From: an uncultured bacterium
Lineage (GTDB): Bacteria; Patescibacteriota; Minisyncoccia; Phycocordibacterales; PALSA-1337
Assembly (NCBI GenBank): GCA_903872035.1
Contig: CAIQIZ010000018.1
Location: 1-54,558, forward strand
Length of the DNA stretch: 54,558 nucleotides
Direction: 5' to 3'
Below are positions 46,215-54,558 of this stretch, piece by piece (positions within the stretch are counted from its first letter, which is position 1; each line of letters starts with the position of its first letter). The notes under the pieces are model-generated. The model was not told where the DNA came from and ran no database searches. It saw nothing but the letters and a program-made list of their open reading frames with translations. The translations under genes and the position numbers were made by a program.

Positions 46215-46235
46215 TTAAGAACGACTTTCATGAAT

Positions 46236-46268
46236 CAAAAGACCCGCAGCGGCTTGCCTGCGGGTTGT
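46236..46268. terminator. Hairpin between convergent ftsZ and an ORFan
   Basis: ACCCGCAG/CTGCGGGT stem with an A run on the left. Confidence 0.55.
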
Positions 46269-46280
46269 GTGCGTAAAGCC

Positions 46281-47297
46281 TTACGATTTTAGCAATCTCT
46301 CTGCTTCTGCTCTAAGCAGAGCTGATTGCTTTTCAAGCTGTTTTGCCTGTGCTAGGCGGCTTTGTTCTTCAGCCTTCGTCTTCAGAATCCGTCGAAATTT
46401 CTCGCTACGAAGACGCTCCTGGTGACGGATCCCATAGATGACGAGAACTTCCGCCGCCGCCGATTTCGCATAGACTGCCTCTCGGATATTTCTCGGCGAC
46501 CGGTGTTCAGTTTCCCAATGATTGGTCAGGCTTGGTAATTGGTATTCCTTATCGAGAGCAATTTCCTTCAGTTTACCAAGCGATGCGGAGTCAAATACGA
46601 CTTCTACTCGCTGTTGACTTAACAACCACTGAAGTGTCCCCAGCCATGTAAGTATCTCGATGAATTTGGGACGATACGAGATCAAGCGTCTTTGGATTGT
46701 ATCGTCCTGACTTCCAAAGCTTTGCTCGCAAAAGTTTTCAAACTCCCAACCCTGCTTGGAAAAGTCCTTCAGGAACTGCAGGACGACCGGCTGATCAGAG
46801 TCTCTTTCAGAAGGTCTGCGATTGCAGTTCTTGACACAATCGCTATCACCTGAAAGGAAGAAGTCAAATAGAGACGAGCATATCCCCTCATCTTCAAGTG
46901 CCCACCACCACAGGTACGAGACTTTCCCGTATCGGTCCGTTTGTCGCTTGAAGAACTTGGCACAAAGCACCGACATAGCCTTCTTTGCGATCATTAGGCG
47001 TTGGCCGGCTGCTTCGCGTTTGTTTTCGTCCCAAGAATCTTCGCGCTCAGCCGCCAGTCGAAATCTGTACTCGCTGTCGCAATAGCCGTCGGCTATTTCA
47101 AGCAGGAACGGAACGCCCTTTTGTCGAGACCAGCAATGGTCGCTGATCATCAAGGTGTGAAGAAGCCCCAGTCGTTCTTCCGTAGACTGCTGTTTATCCC
47201 AACGTTTTTTCCACTCGTCGAATGACCCGATCGTTGTTGGAATATAGGATAGGAGCGGATGGGCCTTCTTCGTCTTTTCTCTTGTCTTTCTTTTCAT
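46281..47297 (-). CDS. Hypothetical protein with a coiled-coil C-terminus
   Basis: 338-aa ORF; no recognised motif. Confidence 0.7.
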   Translation of the reverse strand: MKRKTREKTKKAHPLLSYIPTTIGSFDEWKKRWDKQQSTEERLGLLHTLMISDHCWSRQKGVPFLLEIADGYCDSEYRFRLAAEREDSWDENKREAAGQRLMIAKKAMSVLCAKFFKRQTDRYGKVSYLWWWALEDEGICSSLFDFFLSGDSDCVKNCNRRPSERDSDQPVVLQFLKDFSKQGWEFENFCEQSFGSQDDTIQRRLISYRPKFIEILTWLGTLQWLLSQQRVEVVFDSASLGKLKEIALDKEYQLPSLTNHWETEHRSPRNIREAVYAKSAAAEVLVIYGIRHQERLRSEKFRRILKTKAEEQSRLAQAKQLEKQSALLRAEAERLLKS

Positions 47298-47429
47298 AAT
47301 TCTACTCTACCTTTCTAACATTGCCCCAGTTACTCGAGGCGTTATTTGATTTTGGAGATCTAACTCCATCATTAAAACTACTCTTAGGATAATTTTTGTC
47401 AATCGCGCAATCTATGATAAACTCCAACT

Positions 47430-48389
47430 ATGACCTACGACCTTGCAATCATCGGCGGTGGACCAGCCGGCGCGGCGGCGGCAGTTTATGCAGCGCGCAA
47501 ACAATTACGCACCGTTCTCATAACCAAAGACTGGCTAGGCCAAAGCAATGTCTCCGAAAAGATCGAGAATTGGATAGGCACCGTGGCTATCTCCGGACTG
47601 GATCTTTCCAAGAATTTGGAGGCTCACGCCAAGGCTTACGGTAAGGACATTGTTGATTTCAAAGACGGAGAAGCGGTTATTGAAGTAAAGAAGCAGGAAG
47701 GAGGAAGGAGGAAGGAGGAAGGAGGATCGCTTTTCACCGTCAAAACCGATAAAGGATTTTATGAAGCTAAGTCGATTCTGATAACCTCAGGTAGCCGTCG
47801 ACGTAAAATGGACGTACCTGGAGCTGCCAAATACGAAAACAAAGGCATTATTTACTGCGCCACTTGCGACGGGCCACTATATTCCGATCAAGACGTGGTT
47901 GTGGTCGGCGGCGGTAATGCTGGCTTTGAAGCAGCCGCTCAGCTCATGGCTTATTGTAAAAGCGTAACACTCCTGAGCCGCAGTGATTACCGAGCTGATC
48001 AAACAACAGTTGATGCTGTTTCAAAGAATCCAAAAGTTAAATTGATTCCCTTCGCAGTTCCAAAAGAAGTCAGGGGCGATAAATTCGTCACTTCATTGAT
48101 TTACACTGATACAAAAACAAAGAAGGACATTGAATTGAAAGTAACTGGAATCTTCATAGAAATTGGATCTATTCCAAATACCGACTTTCTTAAAGGTCTG
48201 GTCGCATTGGATGAGTTCAATCGAGTCCCTATCAATGCCAAGAATCAACGCGCCACATTAATAGGCGGCGGTGAAGGCGTTTGGGCCGCCGGAGACGTGA
48301 CTGACGGGCTTTTCCACCAGAACAACATTGCTGCCGGTGATGCTGTCAAAGCTATTGAAGATATATATTTGTGGGTGAAAGCGAAATAG
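47430..48389 (+). CDS. trxB: Thioredoxin-disulfide reductase family flavoprotein
   Basis: IIGGGPAG, CATCD, VGGGNAG and AAGDVTD motifs. Confidence 0.88.
   Translation: MTYDLAIIGGGPAGAAAAVYAARKQLRTVLITKDWLGQSNVSEKIENWIGTVAISGLDLSKNLEAHAKAYGKDIVDFKDGEAVIEVKKQEGGRRKEEGGSLFTVKTDKGFYEAKSILITSGSRRRKMDVPGAAKYENKGIIYCATCDGPLYSDQDVVVVGGGNAGFEAAAQLMAYCKSVTLLSRSDYRADQTTVDAVSKNPKVKLIPFAVPKEVRGDKFVTSLIYTDTKTKKDIELKVTGIFIEIGSIPNTDFLKGLVALDEFNRVPINAKNQRATLIGGGEGVWAAGDVTDGLFHQNNIAAGDAVKAIEDIYLWVKAK
47690..47724 (+). repeat. GAAGCAG(GAAGGAG)4 heptamer tract inside trxB
   Basis: Four perfect 7-bp units at 47697-47724. Confidence 0.85.
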
Positions 48390-48402
48390 ATACAAATTCC
48401 TA

Positions 48403-48432
48403 TTGACTTTTCGAGACTTGCGGTGATAAACT
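48403..48432 (+). promoter_or_regulatory. Sigma70-type promoter with no downstream ORF
   Basis: TTGACT-N18-TAAACT with extended TG. Confidence 0.6.
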
Positions 48433-48438
48433 TTCAAT

Positions 48439-48513
48439 GAAGAAGACTTTCGGCCGAGGCCATGTGCGCCACGCAAGTGGAAATGCAGCCTCACATAGCG
48501 GAGGGTCTTTTTC
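48439..48513 (+). ncRNA. Candidate ~75-nt hairpin sRNA
   Basis: 13-bp closing stem (48439-48451 / 48501-48513), GAGGC/GCCTC helix, CCAC-GCAA-GTGG GNRA tip. Confidence 0.5.
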
Positions 48514-48522
48514 GTTTAAGAT

Positions 48523-48933
48523 TCAATCCTGTGGAAATACTGATATAAATGCCCGATTGCCTTTCCTCGTATTTTGCTTAACTTGAACATAGAATCTATT
48601 TCCACTCGGAGAGATTCCGCCGAAACGATAGAGAATTTCCGACCTTTTAGCCGGATTTACTTTCACCTCTGGATCAATCTTTGAGTTTCTTAAGAGGTCT
48701 AAAGCACAAGGATAATACTTTAGTCTTCTCAATCTATCTCGCCAGTTCTTGGTCCATAAATCGCTCCAATAATAATCCAGAAATATCTTCTGCCCACCAA
48801 AATAGACAGACCGAATGTATGGACGTCTTTTGGTTCGACTCCGAATGTGTTCATAAATGAGACGAGCCTTCGGATACACCTCCGAGTATTTGGAGCCTGA
48901 TATTGGATCGACTTTGGTTCGATAGTAATTCAT
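48523..48933 (-). CDS. Basic hypothetical protein, possibly a RelE/PBECR-like nuclease fold
   Basis: 136 aa, Arg/Lys/Tyr-rich, ending FYVQVKQ..RKG...FISVFP; start overlaps the upstream stop (ATGA). Confidence 0.6.
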   Translation of the reverse strand: MNYYRTKVDPISGSKYSEVYPKARLIYEHIRSRTKRRPYIRSVYFGGQKIFLDYYWSDLWTKNWRDRLRRLKYYPCALDLLRNSKIDPEVKVNPAKRSEILYRFGGISPSGNRFYVQVKQNTRKGNRAFISVFPQD

Positions 48934-49274
48934 ATTGAAATAGATCGTGAATCCTGAAAGCTCACGCGGTTACTGTTCGCATTCACCCTGATATTCAAGT
49001 TCCCTTTTAAATCATTCGCAACTTGAGCATCACACCCGAATTCAGATAACTTAACGTGACCATTCAGAAAGTAATCTTTGGCAGCCATGAGCGAAACAGA
49101 ATCGAGACAGGCATCGGCATTCAATCGCGCTTGGATTCGCAACTCGCGCCTATATGACATATCGGCATATGCCGCAGCTGCTGACATCGTCGCCAAGGAA
49201 AAAGCCAATGTACCAGTAGCCAACAAAACAAGGGCAATAAGTGCCATAAAGCCATGATTGTTTTTCCTTTTCAT
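48930..49274 (-). CDS. Minor pilin / PilX-like protein
   Basis: MKRKNNHG|FMALIALVLL prepilin-like leader and a Cys pair. Confidence 0.7.
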   Translation of the reverse strand: MKRKNNHGFMALIALVLLATGTLAFSLATMSAAAAYADMSYRRELRIQARLNADACLDSVSLMAAKDYFLNGHVKLSEFGCDAQVANDLKGNLNIRVNANSNRVSFQDSRSISI

Positions 49275-49423
49275 TGGTTTACTTCGTCCATTAATTGCAG
49301 ATCTCCAAAGTGGACTCCATAGGCATATTGAATGAAGCCGGCCAACAGAAAAGAAAGAAGCGTGCTGTAAAGCAGGACTTCTATCAAGGTTATGCCAAAA
49401 TTATTGATTGAACGTGATCTCAT
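49271..49423 (-). CDS. 50-aa type IV prepilin-like microprotein (absent from the ORF track)
   Basis: MRSRSINNFG|ITLIEVLLYSTLLSFLLAGFIQYAYGVHFGDLQLMDEVNQ; Glu5 present; stop overlaps the next ATG. Confidence 0.75.
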   Translation of the reverse strand: MRSRSINNFGITLIEVLLYSTLLSFLLAGFIQYAYGVHFGDLQLMDEVNQ

Positions 49424-50723
49424 AAATGTAAGGACTGCCATGTGCCAAGATGTATATCTTGTCGTTGTCGCATGCCATTGATTGTGGAGCGACTGGTAAC
49501 GAATATGATGATGTTGCGAGGGAATTCAAATTGACAGTGAGCGATCTGTCGTAAATCTGAAATTCCTTACCAGTTTGTCTGGTGGCTAGGAATATATGAA
49601 AACGGTCCGAAAGCACACCATAAACCCCACCAGGAACATCTATCGATACGGGATTCGCTAAAGTCGTCGATGAAGTCGTCGCCCATGTAAACGCTTCATG
49701 ATCTAATGTTACGTTGTAACCACCGGACGTTCGGCCGTAATCCAAAGAGTTCTCAAACATTGAAATGACCTTCCCTTCCTGTCTTTGCCAACCGGTCGGA
49801 ATGAATTGATTGGCAAGAGTTGGGTGCAATGGATCTTCAACACTTAAGATTCGCAGCTGGTACATATCAGCTGAAGCCACGTATGCTAGGCCGCCATTCA
49901 CATAAATATCATTGACAATGCTTCCTATTTCAAAACCGCCCAACTTCATCGGAAGTGACGGATTGGAAACATCTATGGCATTAAATTCATCCCCATCCCA
50001 TTTGGTCGTACCTAGGTATATACGATTGCGATTATAAAAAATAGAATTAGCTAGAGCCGGCGTGGCCGTGGCGTATGGCAAAGGCAATTTGAATTTCTTT
50101 TCCAAAACTAAACTAGAAAGGCTATCCATCCGAATCACCTGAAGCTGCCCGGCCGTACTAGGAGCAGCGGCATAAATCCTTTTGCCAGCTATAGAGAATG
50201 CGGATATTCCAGGGCCGGTATCGATTGAAGACAAAACCGTCGGATTATTCACATCGAGAATATTGAATACTATCAAATCAGGATCAGAAGCCGTTGCAGA
50301 ATCGGCTGAAACATAAACAACACCATTCCTGACTTCCAAATGAGTCAACGGCAATGATGAACTTATCGGTAGATGAATAGCCGTTATCGTCGGCGCCTTG
50401 CTCCCATCTATAAAATCGACGGAACATAATGGTGTCCCTGCCGCATCGTCCAGATTTCCATACGACAGTGCGGACACTTTGTTGTATTGCAATCCGCCAG
50501 GAACGGTCATTGTTTGTTCTAGCCGTTCATTACCATACGGCTGTTGGACTTCAGTGAATTCGCCCACTTCGTATTTATCCATCAATTGATTCCTGCCGCT
50601 GGCGTATGTGAATATATCGTGCGCCCCTTGAGATGATTCGGATATAATGCCCACGAATAGAATTGCCAAAGACAAGGCGACTAGAATATCGATCAGAATT
50701 ATGCCTTTCTTATGATCGTCCAT
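49401..50723 (-). CDS. Pilin-like N-terminus fused to an LVIVD-repeat beta-propeller
   Basis: KKG|IILIDILVAL leader; repeats such as LIVFNILD, FNAIDVS and LRILSV. Confidence 0.75.
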   Translation of the reverse strand: MDDHKKGIILIDILVALSLAILFVGIISESSQGAHDIFTYASGRNQLMDKYEVGEFTEVQQPYGNERLEQTMTVPGGLQYNKVSALSYGNLDDAAGTPLCSVDFIDGSKAPTITAIHLPISSSLPLTHLEVRNGVVYVSADSATASDPDLIVFNILDVNNPTVLSSIDTGPGISAFSIAGKRIYAAAPSTAGQLQVIRMDSLSSLVLEKKFKLPLPYATATPALANSIFYNRNRIYLGTTKWDGDEFNAIDVSNPSLPMKLGGFEIGSIVNDIYVNGGLAYVASADMYQLRILSVEDPLHPTLANQFIPTGWQRQEGKVISMFENSLDYGRTSGGYNVTLDHEAFTWATTSSTTLANPVSIDVPGGVYGVLSDRFHIFLATRQTGKEFQIYDRSLTVNLNSLATSSYSLPVAPQSMACDNDKIYILAHGSPYIYEITFNQ

Positions 50724-50736
50724 GATCTATTTCCAA

Positions 50737-51795
50737 TCAATGCTGTTGCAATGCTCGCGAAAGGTCATATATCGGCATCATTATAGAAAGAGCAATGGAA
50801 CCAACTACCAACCCCATTCCAGCCATCATGACAGGCTCGATAAGAGACGTCAGTCGTTTTAAAGAATGTTCGATTTCACGATCTACAATCGCGGCAGCAC
50901 GGACCATCGAAGCACCCAATGTTCCGGAGACTTCACCGGCATTGATGAGAGGCGCCACATAGGACGGCATTTGCGGAATATTGAAGATAGACCCAATTGA
51001 TGCCCCGCGATCCACAACAGAGATATTTGACTCCAGCCTATTCCTTAATGGAATGAACGAAATCGTACGGACGGTATTTACATATGCTTTACCGATCGAT
51101 ACTCCCGATTCGAGCAAGGCACCGCATGAACGCAGAAATACTGCCAGGAAATATGAGAATGTAAGATGACCGATCAGAGGCGTCCGAAATAGAAGCTCCT
51201 GAGCGATCGACTTGAATATCGTTGTCCTAGCATATAGCAGTGAAATAGCCACGGATATCGTTACAGTTGTCGCAAGAAGATATAAGCCGTAACGCATTAA
51301 CGATTCAGAGACGAACATGACCATGCGCGTCAAGAACGGTAATTGGACGTGAAGACTTTTAAGCATGGGAATGATCTGTGGCATGACACCGCGGACCAAG
51401 CCGATAGTCAAGAGACCAGCAAAAATACCGATAACAACCGGATATGTCATAGCGGACGTGCATTTCTTCATAAGCTCGTCTTCCCGTTCCATTAGAGATC
51501 TGGCAACATTCAAGGATTGGGCTAAAGATCCCGACGAGTCACCATGTTCGATCAGACCGGCTATCGTTTTTGATAGACCAACCGACTCAGTCAGAGCTTT
51601 TGACAGACTAGCGCCCGCTTCAACCGATTTCAATGCGCGTTGAATAGCATCTTTCTGTCTAACGGTTATTCCTCCAGAAGAAATCTGAAGCGCCCGATTG
51701 ATAGTCACGCCAGCAGACACATATAGTTCCAGCCTTTCCAGAAGGAGAATGATATTCTTGCGACGCCATTTATTGTGATTGATTCTAATACGCAT
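50737..51795 (-). CDS. Type IV pilus/T2SS platform protein (PilC/GspF family)
   Basis: SAGVTI..AL, GDSSGSL, AMTYPVVI, GEVSGTL and LIEPVMM motifs; start moved to 51795. Confidence 0.9.
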   Translation of the reverse strand: MRIRINHNKWRRKNIILLLERLELYVSAGVTINRALQISSGGITVRQKDAIQRALKSVEAGASLSKALTESVGLSKTIAGLIEHGDSSGSLAQSLNVARSLMEREDELMKKCTSAMTYPVVIGIFAGLLTIGLVRGVMPQIIPMLKSLHVQLPFLTRMVMFVSESLMRYGLYLLATTVTISVAISLLYARTTIFKSIAQELLFRTPLIGHLTFSYFLAVFLRSCGALLESGVSIGKAYVNTVRTISFIPLRNRLESNISVVDRGASIGSIFNIPQMPSYVAPLINAGEVSGTLGASMVRAAAIVDREIEHSLKRLTSLIEPVMMAGMGLVVGSIALSIMMPIYDLSRALQQH

Positions 51796-51812
51796 TGATA
51801 TATTTAAGCTTA

Positions 51813-52934
51813 TTACGTGTTCAACACTCTCATAACCTCCTCCCTTGTCGTAATGCCCCAATCGACCTTTTCTGAACCATCTTCAGAAATTGGATGAAAT
51901 CCTTGAGAAAGAGCGTAGTCGGTGCAGACTGATAGCGGTTGCTTCGAAGCGATGAGGTCCCGAAGACCGGGATCTATCTCGCACGTCTCAGCTATTACCG
52001 AGCGACTGATGTATCCGGAAAGTCGGCAACCGTCACATCCTTCGCCAAAGCATTCACGGCAGATCGTGCGGATCAGACGTTGTGCGACAACCAGCTTGAG
52101 AGTCGAAGCTAACAGGTAATGATCTATTCCCATATCTATGAGTCGTGGAATGGTTTCCAAAGCTGAATTTGTGTGAAGCGTCGAGAGCACCAGATGTCCA
52201 GTCAGAGCGGTATGAATCGCCACCGACGCTGTCTCCGCATCACGAATCTCACCGACCATAATAACGTCCGGATCTTGCCTCAAAGCGGCACGTAAGCCGC
52301 TGGCAAACGTGACCCCATGAGTGTGTCGGATATGTACTTGACGGACGCCGGTGATCTCATATTCAACAGGATCTTCAAGAGTGATGATCGAGAGCGGCTC
52401 GCGGGCTTTTTCTGCAAGACATGCGTGGAGAGTGGTCGTCTTGCCTGAACCGGTCGGACCAGTCACCAGAATAAGGCCATGATTGCATCGCAATGCGGCG
52501 GCTATAGCTCGGACATGATCAGGGGTAAAGCCGAGCTTAGCGAAGGAAATGTCACGATTAGTATGAACTGGTAAAATGCGCATGACGGCGTTCTCTCCAT
52601 AATAGGTCGGCATGAATGAAATGCGCACATTATACGAATCGCCACTGACTTCGGTTCTCCAACGCCCATCTTGCGGCACAGCGTGAAGGTCAGTCCTGGC
52701 ACCGGATAGTATCTTCAGACGCGCTATCATTTCTTCATGCAAGCGTCTTGGCAACGTGCCCACTTCGCCTATCTGTCCATCAACACGTAAACGTATGATA
52801 ATGTCATCGGCCCTAGGATCGATATGGATATCAGAAGCCCTTTCCTTGGTGGCAAAATCCAAGATCGAGTCAATGGCCGAAACCGCCGTTGTGGTATCGA
52901 TGCTTTCCCTGAATTGGTCTGAATTTCCTTTCAT
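51813..52934 (-). CDS. Type IV pilus/T2SS assembly ATPase (PilB/GspE family), short form
   Basis: ASDIHIDP, PQDGR, GPTGSGKTT, LRQDPDVIMVGEIRD, GHLVLSTLH and a tetra-Cys motif. Confidence 0.93.
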   Translation of the reverse strand: MKGNSDQFRESIDTTTAVSAIDSILDFATKERASDIHIDPRADDIIIRLRVDGQIGEVGTLPRRLHEEMIARLKILSGARTDLHAVPQDGRWRTEVSGDSYNVRISFMPTYYGENAVMRILPVHTNRDISFAKLGFTPDHVRAIAAALRCNHGLILVTGPTGSGKTTTLHACLAEKAREPLSIITLEDPVEYEITGVRQVHIRHTHGVTFASGLRAALRQDPDVIMVGEIRDAETASVAIHTALTGHLVLSTLHTNSALETIPRLIDMGIDHYLLASTLKLVVAQRLIRTICRECFGEGCDGCRLSGYISRSVIAETCEIDPGLRDLIASKQPLSVCTDYALSQGFHPISEDGSEKVDWGITTREEVMRVLNT

Positions 52935-53072
52935 ATGATGATCGTATCAAAGACAAATGAAGAATCCATAAATTTAGTCTCAAAAAGCAATAAAAAAAGG
53001 TTCAAAAAACAATGAAGCTTTTCCAAAATGTCTGACCTTATGGAGTTAACAAGCATCAGTACATTATGTAAA

Positions 53073-53098
53073 AGAGCCGGAAGTTAACTTCCGGCTCT
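53073..53098. repeat. Perfect 26-bp palindrome (terminator or REP-like)
   Basis: AGAGCCGGAAGTT/AACTTCCGGCTCT, no loop. Confidence 0.75.
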
Positions 53099-53115
53099 GT
53101 GTAAAGAACAGCTAA

Positions 53116-54267
53116 TCAAACCGTGACTAGCAGCGGTTTGGTACATGCAATCTCGGCATTCGAGTATTGCCTGTCGTCCGTGACATTCCTGAGAACGCGA
53201 ATGAATGGTGGCAACTCCAACTCCGGAGTCTGATCGGAGCGTTCCGCTTCCATGAGCGCAAGCCCAGGTCGCGGTTCTTCGAAAAGGTCTATCTCAAAGA
53301 ATTGCTCCCTCCAAAAGAAACAGATGCGGCGCTTTTTCACCGTCATCTTCTCTGGATTACGGAGAGTGAGAAGAGTATTGTATTCGCGCTCGGAGATCAT
53401 CTTTTCCTCTTCCGCGCGGACGCCGGAACTAATCTTCCGCTTGATCGTATAGTAGTAGGAGGTGCTGTTTCCGTCGCTTCGCGCGCGCACCCTCCGTTCT
53501 TCGTCGGCTTTAGGAGACACCAGATAGTCCTGGATGATCCAGCTCTCAGTCCATTTGACTGGAATGGTAGTCGGGTCGAGCGCTTCGATCAGGAATTTGT
53601 CTTCCTTCTCAAGAGGTACAGGATCGCCGAGGATCGCACAAACCTCGCAGAACAAGCGGTGGAGCTTGCCTTCGAAGCCTGTCGAGTTATCGATCACTCG
53701 TGGATGTTGATGCCTTGTCCATGCGAAAAGCGTCTTTTCGTCGAGCAACCGCGCCTCTTCGGGAGTCTCATGACGCGCTTCGTTGTTGGCGATCGTGTAA
53801 AACTCTTCAGCGCCGAGAGCTGCAGTCCGGAGATGAATGACCGCATGGTAACGCTCATCACATAGTTGCCTATGCGTGAACCCCAGGCGTTCAAGCAGTT
53901 CTCCATATGCTTCCGGCCCAATGTAGGCTTCTCCATCCATAGCTCCACGATCGCAGAGTACGACAACCTTCCGGCCATTGTCTCTGTAGCGTTTAGCGAT
54001 GGAAAGGATACGATCCTCCTGAGACAAACTGTCTTGCAATATCTCTTCCTGGAATTCCGCCCAGGATAGCTCACCAGGTGCCATTCCGGCAGTTATCAGC
54101 TTGGTAGCCGATTCCGGCGAGATGACAACCTTGTAACCGCGATCGGAGAGCATCCGATTGAGACGAGCCAAACCAGTGGTTTTACCACTGCAAGGTCCGC
54201 CTGTGATAACGACTATCGTTATTCCATCCCCAAGATCAAGGATAGTGTACGGTTTAGCGCTTTTCAT
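53116..54267 (-). CDS. P-loop NMP-kinase-like (AAA_28) domain fused to a CYTH domain
   Basis: ITGGPCSGKTT, LCDRGAMDG and VIDNST, then I.QDYL..ERRVRAR, FEIDLF and LALMEAE. Confidence 0.85.
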   Translation of the reverse strand: MKSAKPYTILDLGDGITIVVITGGPCSGKTTGLARLNRMLSDRGYKVVISPESATKLITAGMAPGELSWAEFQEEILQDSLSQEDRILSIAKRYRDNGRKVVVLCDRGAMDGEAYIGPEAYGELLERLGFTHRQLCDERYHAVIHLRTAALGAEEFYTIANNEARHETPEEARLLDEKTLFAWTRHQHPRVIDNSTGFEGKLHRLFCEVCAILGDPVPLEKEDKFLIEALDPTTIPVKWTESWIIQDYLVSPKADEERRVRARSDGNSTSYYYTIKRKISSGVRAEEEKMISEREYNTLLTLRNPEKMTVKKRRICFFWREQFFEIDLFEEPRPGLALMEAERSDQTPELELPPFIRVLRNVTDDRQYSNAEIACTKPLLVTV

Positions 54268-54381
54268 AATCTATTTCTATATCGTTCGCCCCTAGGGGCA
54301 TTTTATGTTGAATTTCAATGACCGGGAAATTTTGCAATCCTATAGCCACTTATCTCGTACTATACGGCTTGCTTCTTACGT

Positions 54382-54410
54382 ATTTTAGCATGTTGACAGT
54401 GCATTGTCAA
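54382..54410 (-). promoter_or_regulatory. Sigma70 promoter containing a TTGACA-N6-TGTCAA palindrome
   Basis: Minus strand TTGACA-N17-TAAAAT with extended TG; the palindrome spans 54393-54410. Confidence 0.7.
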
Positions 54411-54558
54411 GGCGTCATGCTTGAATTCTAGCCTGAAGCACAACACCTCCCTAGCGTAGAATAGCGGTATACCATTACCAGCCATTAACGCTAAGGAGAT
54501 GTCGCATACACAATTTAACAGAGATACTAGGATCGAGCTAGCGATTCTTTTGAATGCC

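Noticed and set aside
48439-48513. SRP (4.5S) RNA call for the hairpin
   Set aside because: It has a GNRA tip and GCAGCC, but lacks the conserved CAGG/AGCA symmetric loop.
49271-49423. Conductive e-pilin claim
   Set aside because: Short length and aromatic content alone are insufficient; the sequence resembles minor pilins and there is no electron-transfer context.
1-54558. Many short shadow ORFs opposite or overlapping the housekeeping genes, and an alternative genetic code
   Set aside because: The shadow ORFs lack motifs and are expected opposite real genes. TGA serves as a normal stop (mreC, mreB, mrdA) and conserved proteins are full length under code 11.

Overview
Chromosomal segment of a reduced-genome bacterium, most likely Patescibacteria/CPR (Parcubacteria-like). 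This is inferred from gene content: a minimal mraZ-rsmH-ftsL-ftsI-murF block, a VirB2-like pilin array, a short hinge-less SMC, a divergent bS21 and many ORFans. Standard genetic code. The backbone is housekeeping: cell wall/division (murF, ftsI, mrdA, mreBC, ftsA, ftsZ), translation (lysS, rpmF, rpsA, pth, ybeY, 3 tRNAs), gyrA, smc, rnc, nusB, greA, lepB, trxB and a type IV pilus/T2SS-like operon. No rRNA or CRISPR array was found. The unusual signal is mostly small DNA/RNA elements. (1) A hairpin family with a fixed core CGCTG-GCCCA-CAGCG and variable long arms sits in frame inside rsmH and twice inside smc, plus once between genes. (2) A RAYT-type HUH transposase is flanked by AGGTCWGACCT palindromes, and other REP-like palindromes occur elsewhere. 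(3) Tandem hairpin repeats start with the 3' end of tRNA-Leu. (4) Degenerate 7-bp arrays occur between and inside genes, and an inverted pair brackets a four-helix-bundle cassette. (5) There are two unassigned structured RNA candidates, one at about 10.1-10.36 kb and a promoter-driven ~75-nt hairpin converging on a putative nuclease gene at 48.4 kb. (6) Also present are a (CA)9 tract in a surface-protein promoter, an MNT antitoxin with a deleted HEPN toxin, a degenerate HisRS paralog and a 50-aa pilin missing from the ORF track. All protein calls come from motif recognition by eye; no database searches were run.
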